Shown here: piece after piece, positions 1 to 11,465 of the stretch
How positions within the stretch are numbered: the stretch's first letter is position 1
Layout of the letters: each line of letters begins with the position of its first letter
Source of the DNA: Coniocarpon cinnabarinum
Lineage: Eukaryota
NCBI GenBank assembly: GCA_051942205.1
Contig: JAVECO010000198.1
Location: 1-40,196 of the forward strand
Direction: 5' to 3'
DNA length: 40,196 nt
The notes under the pieces: generated by a model
What the model saw: the letters and a program-made list of their open reading frames with translations, nothing else
Databases searched by the model: none
Told to the model about the DNA's origin: nothing
Translations under genes and position numbers: made by a program

Positions 1-140
1 TCGGCTTTGCAGGGAATGATTCCCGCCAAAGCCTACACCTTTGTGTGTCGGCTTTGCAGGGAATGATGTCAGCCAACCAGATGTTGCGGGTCGGCATGCG
101 CTATGCCCGTATAGGCACAAGGCAAGGCTGAGCCGTAACA
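1..140 (-). mobile_element. 5' end (U3) of an un-RIPed LTR of the same family as 6516-6953; youngest insertion, continues left of the window
   Basis: Reverse complement begins TGTTACGGCTCAGCCTTGCC and aligns without gaps to 6516 onward (TATTATAGCTTAGCCTTACC). GC-rich, with CpA/TpG retained. TCGGCTTTGCAGGGAATGAT recurs at 1 and 48 (47-bp period). Candidate TSD GTTAA at 141-145. Confidence 0.9.
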
Positions 141-3100
141 GTTAATATTAAGATAAAGGATACTTTTAATAGGAATTATAAAAAGCTAACTCTATTTCTC
201 TTAAAGCTTAAATTTATATTTAAGGTTAACAAAGATAGGTTTATTAATAAACCTACTAAGGTAGTGTTCGCTATAACCTATCTTAAAGAGGATGCTATAA
301 AATAGTTTAAGTTTTATATAGAAGACTACCTTTATAAACTAACTAATTAGCGCCTTAATAAGACTAATAAGCTTTTTAAAAGTTACTTATATTTTAAGCG
401 AGAACTACTTAAGATATATAGAGACTAGGATAAAAGCCATACTATAGTATATAAGATTAAATACCTTTGTTAGATAGGATTAGTAGTAAAATACGTAGCT
501 AAGTATCTCTAATACTTAACAAGAATAGGATAGAACTAGAAGCTACTTATAGATACCTTTTATAATAGTCTTAAGAACTATATTAAGGAAAAAATTAATA
601 ATCTTACTAAATTTAATAACCTTAAAGATATAATAGAAAAATATTAGCTTATTAATAGACATAATTATAAATAATAGTTAGAAAAGAAAGGAACTAAATT
701 TTCTAGATTCTAAGGATCTTTTAAACTAGATAATTAAGGGGATCCTATAGAACTTGATATAATAACTCTACACAAGAAACTTACTTAATAGGAGCAGGAA
801 TACCGTATAAAGAACAAACTTTGTTTATACTGTAGCAAACCTAGATATTAAGTTAACTAATATAGACAAAAGAAAACTACTAACAGCATTAATCGATCTA
901 AAAAAGGGAGAAAATAAAGAAGCCTTAACGCTCTTAAAAAACGCCTAAAAACAACGAACTAAGGAATCTATAAAATAATTAAACCTATAGAGCTCTATAG
1001 TCTAACTTAGGATACGCTTAATTAGTTAGGACTACCTAAACAAAATTATTAAACCTAGTATAAGTATATTTAGGGACTAACTCTAGAGCAATAAAGTAAA
1101 TTCTAGGACAGATTTATTAATTAGAATAAAACTAATAGAATATCTTAGAAAGATATTACTAATATATAATAAGGCTAGGACTCTTATAAGTAAAACTTAT
1201 AACTAAGGGTATAAGTACTAGTAAAGAAACGCTTAAAAACTAATAACAATTAGACTAATACTAAGCACCTTAAATACTTAATATTATTCTAGATAGGATA
1301 CTATAACAACGCTTATAAAGTTTATATCTTAGACAAATAAGGTATAGGATAGTTCCTACGATATCCTTAGAAGTATACCTTTATAGCGATTAAACGCGCT
1401 ATAACGCCCTTTCTACCTATATCTTAGACTTAGATAGGTAATTTATTATATAACAAATCTTAGAAACTTAACTAGCTTAAATCTAAAGCGCTTAACTAAG
1501 ACTTTTAAGTAGATAGTATAGAATCTAAAGCTAGCAATAATAAAGACTTTAGCTTAGAAAATAAGCACTTAGTAGAGCACAAAATTATAAAGTAACATTA
1601 GATTAGTATACTATAGAGACTTTATACTATCGCCTTCTATAAGGGTAAGCGATATATAGAGTATAAACTAGATAATCTCTAGGAGTATATTAAGAAACGC
1701 CTATAGAATCTTGTTAATTATATAATTAGTATATTATAGTTAAGACGCGAGTATAATATAAATAGCCTAATAAGTATCAGCCTATTAATAAATTAAATTA
1801 TAACTTTAGATAGTTAGAAAATTACTATTATAGAATAAGGAGAAATCTAATGTTAACTTAAGCTAGCTAGAATCTACCTATTAATATCTTTTTTAGGACA
1901 ACTTAGAGAGAAATAGTACCTCCTTAATAACTTAATTTAATTATACGCTTAATAAACCAGACAAACCCTCTTCTATCCTTAATATATAGACAAGGAGGAA
2001 AGAGGCCGGTCTAAGATATTAATATAATAGGATCCTTTGATCCTTCTATATCTACTATCGTTATTTAGTTAAATAGTAGAATTATTTAAGTTCTCCTTAA
2101 CTCTAGCGCATTTAAAAATTTTATATTAACATAATATATTAAATATTATAGATTACGTATATAAAGAAAATACTATACATATTACTTAAATATAGCGGAT
2201 AGTAACCCTATTAATTATAATAATAGACTAGTTAATAGCAAGACTTCCTTAATATAAATAAAAATTTAGGATTATAAGAAAGATATTATATTTAATATTA
2301 CTAACATAGGATAAAACCTAGCAGTCCTAAGAAGACTATAGATTAGAAAATATAATCCTAATATAAATTAGGCTACCAAAAAGGTCTAGTTTATAAGGTG
2401 CAATTGCTTATAAGAATATATATTATTCTATAGAATAGATACCCTAAGGGCTTAAATAGAGATAGAGGATAAGGAGCGTAACAAAGAAGTTATAATAGCC
2501 TACACTACTAAACTCTAATAATATAATAACTTAGAAGAAGATATTAGTCTAACTTCTAGAGTTATACCGCGTATAACTTATAAACAGAGTTAGGGCTAAC
2601 AATCTTATATAAGTACTCTAAAGGTAAAGAAGATACTAAAGAAATATAGCTAATTTTATTATTTGTTTAGAGAGAAGGAGCTAGCCTCCACTCTTCTAAA
2701 ATACCAACTATAGGATTATTTAATACCTTTACTACTAGATTAATAACCAATATTTGGACTAATCTATTTACTATTAGAAAAAAAAAAAGAGGTATAAAAG
2801 AAACAAATTAATATACTATTATCTAAGGGACATATTATTAAATTCTTATCCCTAGTAGCCTTACTAATACTTTTTATACTAAAGAAAAATAGCAAACTAT
2901 AGATATATGTTAATTATTAATCGCTTAATAATAAGACTATTAAGAATTAATTACTATTACCTCTTACTAATAAGATATAGGATAATCTCTAAGAAGTAAG
3001 AGTATTTATATTACTTAATATTATCTCTACGTACAATAAAATCTAGATAGACAAAAAGAGTTAATAGCTTACTACTATAAGAACTAATATAGGACTCTAT

Positions 3101-5520
3101 AAATAGCGAGTTATGCTATTTAGTTTAACAAACGCTTTAGTAATATTTTAGAAGTTTATTAACAATATATTAAGGTAGTACTTAGGTGTATTTTACTACG
3201 TATATATAGATAATATACTAATCTATTTAAAAGCAATTTAGAAATATAAAGCGTATGTCTAAAAGGTATTAGAATATTTAGCTAAAGCCAATCTTCGGCT
3301 TAACCTTAATAAGTGCGAATTCTATAAGGACTTAGTCAAATTTTTAGGATTTATTATTACAACTAATAGGTTTAAAATAGAAGAATTAAAGGTCTAAGCA
3401 GTTATTAACTAGCTAGAACTAAAATTAGTTAAAGAAGTTTAGTAATTTTTGGGCTTCGCTAATTTCTACTAACGTTAGATTAAGAATTATTTAAAAATCG
3501 TTTTACTATTAATAGAGTTGACTAAATTAGACAAACCTTAGAAATAGATAGTAATAGAGAGACATGCTTTTAATAAGATTAAGGAAAGCTTTAGAATAGG
3601 CACTATACTTATAATATTTAATCCTAATCTACTAATTACTCTAGAAACCAACTCTAGTAACTTTACTATTAGAGCAGATATTAGTTAACTATATTAAGGA
3701 AAGCTATAACTAGTAGCGTTCTATTTATAAAAGCTTTTACTAATAGAAGTTAGGTATAATATACACAATAAAGAGCTTTAGGCTATTATCGCGTTATATA
3801 AATAATAGAGGTATTACTTTAAAGGTACAAAACATATAATATAGGTCTATACTAACTATCTAAATCTTACCTACTTTATAACAATAAAAAGGCTTAACTA
3901 ATAATAAGGCTACTAGGTAGAGATACTATTACCTTATAATTTAAAAATTAATTATAAAAAAGGATCTAAAAATACATAAGTAGACGCTCTTAGCAGAAGA
4001 CCAGACTATATAAGAGACAAGTATAAACTAAATTACGCTATATTCAAAAAATAAGGCAATATAATATATTATAGGAAACACGAACTTATAGAACTAAGAG
4101 CAAGTACTATTAAACTAGACTATATAATTTAAGCAATTAAGTAAGAAACTCCTAAGAACTTAGAAGTTTAATAAATTAAAGATATAGTCTAAAGTTAGAA
4201 TATATTATTAATTAGAATAGATTATAGATATTATAAGTTTTAGAGCAGAATTTATGTCCCTAGAAAACTAACAACCTAGGTTATCTCTAATTTCTACGAT
4301 TTACTAACCTATAGTTACCCTAGTATCAAGCAAACGCTTAAACGAATTATAAGAATATATTACTTCCTAAGAATAAGATAACAAGTTAACGACTATATTT
4401 AAAAATACGATATTTGTGTAAAAGCAAAATATTTACAATATTCGCTATATAGAGAACCCTAATATATAGAAGTACCACTAAGACCCTAGTATACAGTTAT
4501 ATTAGACTTTATTATAAAATTACCTAAATTAAGCTTTATAGGTTAAAATAGGTATAATACAATCTATATAGTTATAGACAAACTTACTAAATTTATATAT
4601 TTCTTACCTATATAGGAGAGTTTAACTATAGAAGAAATAGTTAAAAGAATTATTGCTTATATCTAGACTATCCATAGAACGCCTAAAAAGATTATCTTTA
4701 ATAGAGATTAAAAGTTTATCTCTAAATTCTAGCAAGGTATAACTAAATTACTAGGTATTTTATATTAAATGTCTATAGTATACTACCTACAAACAGATAG
4801 ACAGACTAAATAGACTAACTAAACACTTAAGCAATATTTATAAATATTTGTAAACTATAACTAGAACAACTAGGCAAACCTGCTACTAACCACGATATTA
4901 GTATATAACACTTTAAAGAATAAAACAACTTAATTCTTACTATTTAAATTACTATATAGATTCTAGCTACTATTTAGAAGAATAATTTTATATATAATAG
5001 ATAATTAAGAAGCAACGCAATTTATAGACAAAACTAGATAAATATAGCAATAACTTTAAGATAATATTTAATTCCTTTAATCTAGAACTTCTAAATTTAT
5101 AAAATATACCCTAATACTACTAGACCTAAAAGAAAAGGGTAGAGTATACCTACTTATAAAAAATATTAAGACTTAGAGACTAAGCAAAAAACTAGATTAT
5201 ACAAAAATAGGACTATTTAAAATTCTTAAACAAATTAGGGCAGTTAACTTTAAACTTAAACTACTACTATAGATAAAGATATATCTAGTGTTTTATATTA
5301 TACTTCTTAAACCAGCCTATAGCGACAAATCTAAACAACTAAATCTAGTTATTAATAAAGACGACTAAGAACCAGAATATAAAGTTAAAACAATATTATC
5401 TAGTCAAATATAACAGAAATAGACGTAGTATCTAGTAAAATAGAAAGGTTATAAAGACTCTAAAAATACGTAGGAACTAGAAAGAAATCTTATAAACTAC
5501 AATAACAAGATTTAACAGTT
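141..5520 (+). pseudogene. gag-pol pseudogene (RIP-degenerate)
   Basis: De-RIPed motifs: CCHC knuckle CLYC..PGH (~820), protease LLDSGA (~2093), RT CVYMDDILIY (~3197), RNase H LETDSSDFAIGA (~3641), integrase HHCC H...GHPG (~4293), DFIVKLP (~4505), GPF motif IGPFKI (~5207), chromodomain EYEVE..L...YLVKWKGYEDSENTWEP (~5376-5480). Many TAA/TAG stops. End approximate. Confidence 0.92.
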
Positions 5521-5799
5521 TACAAAAAAAAAAAAAGGGACCTTATATAAATTAATAAACCATAAAGAGTTAATAACTTATATAAACAACCACCTATAAG
5601 AATTAAACCTATAAACGTAGTAAGTTAAATTAACTCGTCTGCGTTATTACTAACTATAGTACCTTATACAAGACTCTATAAGAATTAGACCTACTTAATC
5701 TAATTGCTATAGAAGCCTATACAATAAAAGAAGGACTAGAATAATATAATATTAACTACCTAATATATATCCTCTAGACCTCTTATTAGGGATATCTAT

Positions 5800-6410
5800 A
5801 GCGAACTCGCTACTCTACTAAGTTACTGGTCCTCCTCTAAGTTTAGGATATAGATCCTCTAAAAAATCTACTTAAAGACTACTTAGCGTCTTAATTACCT
5901 TACTACCTAACATTAACGCTAGCTACTCCTTATACTCTAAAAGAGCATTATAATCTAATTTTTTGCTAGCTCTCTAATAAAGCTCCTTAAGCTTCTCCTC
6001 TAACTTTATAGTATTAACCTTAGCTTACGCCCTCTTAGTACGCGTAACTGCCTCTACTTTCTTCGCCTCTTTTACTAACTCTCTAGCCTTCTTAATTTAC
6101 TTTTTTGCTTATTGCAGCGAATCTAATACCTTAATATATTAAGACTAAATAGACTTTACTATATACTATTAAGAAAAACTATACTACTAGTATATATACG
6201 CATACTATTAAAAAGAGTAATCTAAAGATTATAGGACTTATGCCTTAGTATACATAACAAATAGGTAGCCTCTCTACTATAAATAAGATACTTCTTACCT
6301 AAAGAGATATACTTACTATAAGAAGGTATCTTACAACTATTAATTAATATAAGTATTAATCTAGTAGCACTCGCGTTAGTACTAGACAACACCTTCTTTA
6401 AATAACCTAT
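5800..6410 (-). pseudogene. Antisense accessory ORF of the retrotransposon: Zn2Cys6-like cluster + coiled coil, one predicted intron (6159-6205), RIP-degenerate
   Basis: On the minus strand, 6320-6231 gives C-x2-C-x6-C-x8-C-x2-C-x6-C when five TAT codons are restored to TGT (one TGT is intact). Removing a 47-nt GTATGC...TAG intron joins it in frame to an E/K/A/L-rich helical segment. Both ends approximate. Confidence 0.7.
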
Positions 6411-6499
6411 TCTAACCTACTAAGAATAAAAAGAAGATAAGATAACCTAAGAGGGATAGTAGTTTTAATTCTCTATAGTTAATTAAGGACAACTTAACT

Positions 6500-6512
6500 A
6501 GAAGAGAGGGGG
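6500..6512 (+). other. Polypurine tract (plus-strand primer) of the middle element
   Basis: AGAAGAGAGGGGG, 3 nt before the 3' LTR start at 6516. Confidence 0.88.
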
Positions 6513-6515
6513 TTA

Positions 6516-6953
6516 TATTATAGCTTAGCCTTACCTTACGCCTATATAGGTATAGCGCATACTAACCTACAACATCTAATTAGCTAATATTATTCTCTAT
6601 AAAACTAATACGCAAGAATATAGGCTTTAGCAGGAATTATATCTTATATAGCCTATAAGGCTAATAAGCAGGATAACAGGCTTTATAGAACACACTTATT
6701 TGTATAGGATAGGATTATCTATATAGTTAACTAACGACCCTCCCTTATAGATAGTCTTTAGTCTACTAACTTATATTATAGTTAAATATACTTAGTTTAT
6801 ACTAAGTTACAAGCTTTATACTTTACTAAAACCCCTTATTTCTAATCTGAACAAGACTTAGGAGCGAGTTCTCTAGTATTAGAACCTCTGGCTCTCTTCC
6901 TAACCGTGTTGTAAAAGGAAGCTATTAAGGGATTACCTCGACCCCGCGTAACA
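6516..6953 (+). repeat. 3' LTR (438 bp, RIPed) of the middle element
   Basis: Starts TATTA (RIPed TGTTA), ends CGCGTAACA. Its 5' part matches 1-140 (reverse complement); its 3' part matches 11466-11700 (reverse complement). Candidate TSD GTAAC at 6954-6958. Confidence 0.92.
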
Positions 6954-9900
6954 GTAACGGTGTGCTATAGTTATAGTAGAATTTTAGTATGTTGTAGTTC
7001 TCTATATAGTAAATGTCTTAAGTGCTTTGTCCTAGCGCATATATTACATTTCTAAATATATTCTTTAACTCGTTGTCTTATTCTTAGGAAGTAATACGTT
7101 CTTGTAATTTATTTAAGCGTTCGCTTAATACTAGGGTGTCTATAGGTTAGTAAGTCGTAGAAATTAGAGATAACCTAGGTTGTTAGTTTCTTAGGGACGT
7201 AGATCCTACCCTAAAACTTATAATATTCGTAATCTAATTTTATTAAGGTTAAATTATTTTACTAAGTAGTGTTCCTAAATTACTAAATTTCTAAATCTTT
7301 TAGTGTTTCTTATTTAATTGCGTTAAGTATATAATTAGGTTCAATTATACTAGTATTAAGTGTTATAAGCTCGTATTATTGATAATATATTGTGTTCCCT
7401 TATTTTTTAAATATTACGTAATTTAGTTCTAGTTTATTTTCTATATAATCTAGTCGTTAGCTTAGAGTATCTGCTCTTACGTTTTTAGATCCTTTCTTAT
7501 AATTAATCTTTAAATTATAAGGTAACAAAATCTTAACCTAACAGCCTTATCGTCTATTAAGCCGTTTAGTTATTATAAAGTAGGTAAGGTTCTAATAGTT
7601 AGTATAGACCTAGATAGTATATTTTATACCTTTAAAGTAGTGTCTCTATTACTCGTACAATATAATAATAGCTTATAGCTCTTTATTGTAGATATTATAC
7701 CTAACTTCTATTAGTAAGAGCTTTCTTAAGTAAAAGGCTACTAGTTGTAGCTTTCCTTTATATAGTTAACTAATACCTACTCTAATAGTAAAGTTACTTA
7801 AGTTAGTTTTTAGAGTAATTAGTAGATTAGGATTAAATATTATAAGTACTATACCTATTTTAAAGCTTTCCTTAATTTTGTTAAAAGCATTCCTCTCTAT
7901 TTCTATCTATTTCTAAGGTTTGTCTAATTTAGTCAATTCTATTAATAGTAAAATAATTTTTAAATAATCTTTAATCTAACGTTAGTAGAAATTAGTAAAG
8001 CCTAAAAACTATTAAACTTCTTTAACTAATTTTAGCTCTAGCTAGTTAATAACTGCTTAAACTTTAGATTTTTCTATTTTAAACCTATTAGCTATAATTA
8101 TAAATCCCAAAAATTTGACTAATTCCTTATAGAATTCGCACTTGTTAGAGTTAAGCCAAAGGTTGGCTTTAGCTAAACATCCTAATACCTTTTAAACGTG
8201 CGTTTTATATTCTTAAATTATTTTTAAGTAGACTAGTATATTATCTATATATACGTAGTAGAATACACCTAGGTATTACCTTAGCATATTATTAATAAAC
8301 TTCTAAAATATTGCTAGAGCGTTTATTAACCTAAAAGGTATAACTTGCTATTTATAGAGCCCTATATTAGTTCTTATAGTAGTAAACTATTAATATTTTT
8401 CGTCTATTTAGATTTTGTTATATACTAATATAATATTAAGTAATATAAACACCTTTACTCTATAAAGATTATCTTAAATTTTATTAGTAAGAGGTAGAGA
8501 TAATCTATCTTTAACTATCTTGTTATTAAGCGATTAATAATCGACATATATCCGTAGTTTGCCGTTTTTCTTTAGTATAAAGAGTATTAGTAAGGCTACT
8601 AGGGACAAGAATTTAATAATATGTCCTTTAGATAGTAATATACTAATTTGCTCTTTTTATACCTCTTTTTCTTTTTCTAATAATAAATAAATTAGTCTAA
8701 ATATTAGTTATTAATCTAGTAATAAAGGTATTAAATAATCCTATAGTTAATATTTTAGGAGAGGAGAGGCTAGTTTCTTTTTCTTAAACAAGTAGTAGAA
8801 TTAGCTATATTCCTTTAGTATCTCCTTTATCTTTAGAGTACTTGTATAAGATTGTTAGCCCTAACTCTATTTATAAGTTATATGTAGTATAACTCTAGAA
8901 GTTAGACTAATATCTTCTTCTAAGTTATTATATTATTAGAGTTTAGTAGTGCAAGCTATTATAATTTCTTTATTACGCTTCTTATCCTTACTCCCTATTT
9001 AGGCCTATAGGGTATCTATTCTATAGAATAACGTATATTCTTATAAGCAGTTGTACCTTATAAAGTAGACCTTTTTAGTAGCCTAATTTATATTAGGGTT
9101 ATATTATTTAATCTAGAGTCTTCCTAGTACTGCTAGGTTTTGTCTAATATTTATAATATTAAAGGTAATATCTTCTTTATAATCCTATATTTATATATTT
9201 ATTAAAGAAGTTTTTATATCGACTAGTCTATTATTATAGTTAATAGGGTTACTATCCGCTATATCTAAGTAATACGTATAGTATTTCTTTTGTGTTTGTA
9301 ATCTATAGTATTTTATATATTGTATTAATATAAAATTCCTAAATACGCTAAAGTTAAGGAGAACTTAAATAATCCTACTATTTAATTAAATAATAATAGT
9401 TAATGTTTCTAGATTAAAAGATCCTACTATTATTATATCTAGGTTTAGCCTCTCTCTTCCTTGTCTATACGTTAAGGATAGAAGAGGGTTTATCTAGTCT
9501 ATTAAGCGTATAATTAAATTAAGCTGTTAAGAAGGTACTATTTGCTCTTTAATTGTCCTAAAAAAGAAGTCGATAGGTAGATTCTAGCTAGCTTAAGATA
9601 GCATTTAATTTCTCCTTATTCTATAATAGTAATTTCCTAACTATCTAGAGTTATAACTTAATATGTTCGTAGGCTAATGCTTATTAAGCTATTTATGTTA
9701 TACTCGCGTCTTAGTTATAATATGTTAATTATATATTTAACAAGGTTCTATAGGCGTGTTTTAATGTATTTTTGTAGGTTATCTAGTTTATGTTTAGTAC
9801 TTCGCCTACCCTTATAAAAGGCGATTATATAAAGTCTCTAGAGTATGCTAGTCTAGTGTTGCTTTATAATTTCTTGCTCTACTAAGTACTCGCTTTTAGA

Positions 9901-11421
9901 GTTAGAATTATTATTATTGCTACTAGCGTTAGATTTGTTGTCGTCTACTTAAAGTTCTTATTGTAGCGCTTTAGATTTAAGCTAACTAAGTACCTAAGAT
10001 TTGTTGTAAGATAAGTTACCTGTCTAATCTTAAGATTTAGGTAGAAAGGGCGTTAAGGCGCGTTTAATTGCTACAAAGGTATACTTTTAAGGACGTTATA
10101 GGAACTATCCTGTACCTTGTTTGTTTAAGATATAAACTTTATAAGCATTATTATAGCATCCTATCTAAGATAATTTTATGTGTTCTAGATATTTAGGGTT
10201 AGTGCTATTATTATTATACCCTAAGCGTTCTTTTGCTAGTATTTATACTCTTAGAGGTAAGTTTTATTTAAAAGAGTCCTAGCCCTGTTATATATCTTTA
10301 ATATCTTCCTAAGATATTTCTTCTAATTTATTCTAGTTAATAAACCTGTTCTAGAATTTGCTTCATTGTTCTAGAGTTAGGTCTTAAATATACTTATGCT
10401 AGGTTAGATAATTACGTTTAGGTAATCCTAATCCCTTAAGTGTGTCCTAGGTTAGTTAATAAAGTTCCTTAGGTTCGACTATTTCTAGTTCCTCCCTAGT
10501 TATGTTAGATTGTAATTTAAGTGTATAGATCTACTATTAAGGTCTCTTTAATTAATTAATTTTGTTAGTAGATTTCTTCTATTAGCACTAATTAACTTAG
10601 TGCCCTAGCTTGCTATAGTAAAGGCAGAGTTTATCTTTTATATAGTATTCCTATTTCTATTAAGTAAGCTTTCTATATAGAGTTATTGCGTTAATTTCTA
10701 TAGGATCTCCTTAGTTGTCTAGTTTAAAAGATCCTTAAAATCTAAAAAACTTAGTTTCTTTCTTCTCTAACTGTTGTTTATAGTTGCGTCTATTAATAAG
10801 TTAATATTTTTCTATTATATCTTTAAGGTCGTTAAATTTAGTAAGGTTGTTAATTTTTTCTTTAACATAGTCCTTAAGCCTATTATAGAAAGCGTTTATA
10901 AGTAGCTTTTAGTTCTACCCTATCCTTATTAAATACTAGAGATACTTAGCTGTGTATTTTACTACTAATCCTATTTAACGGAGGTATTTAATTCTATATA
11001 CTATAGTACGACTTTTATCCTAGTCTCTATATATCTTAAGCAACTCCTACTTAAAGTATAAGTAGCTTCTAAAAAGCTTATTAGTCTTATTAAGGCGCTA
11101 ATTAGTTAGTTTATAGAGGTAGTTCTCTATATAAAACTTAAACTACTTAGTAGCGTCTTCTTTAAGGTAGGTTATAGCGAATACTACCTTAGTAGGTTTA
11201 TTAATAAATCTATCTTTATTAACTTTAAATATAAACTTAAGCTTTAAAAGGAATAGAGTTAGCTTCTTATAATTCCTATTAAAGGTATCTTTTATTTTAA
11301 TATTAACGTTTAATACGTTACCTACTATAGATATTGCTGCTATAGTTACTTAATTAATATATTAATCTTCTATTAACTGTCTCTAGGGACGACGCAAAGT
11401 TAGTCTAGATATAGTAGACAT
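6954..11421 (-). pseudogene. gag-pol pseudogene of the oldest element (gag ATG at 11421)
   Basis: ATG ~45 nt inside the LTR boundary. Same gag/PR/RT/RNaseH/HHCC motifs as the plus-strand copy. Confidence 0.85.
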
Positions 11422-11465
11422 CTTAATTGTAATAGAACTTAGTCTCTTTCTAGAGTCTACTAAAG

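Larger units (their letters stand above)
141..6953 (+). mobile_element. RIP-inactivated Ty3/gypsy chromovirus LTR retrotransposon (middle element); 5' part displaced by the insertion at 1-140
   Basis: Domain order gag-PR-RT-RNaseH-IN-chromodomain is recognisable after reversing C>T/G>A. PPT and 3' LTR are present. Extreme TpA enrichment. Confidence 0.95.
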
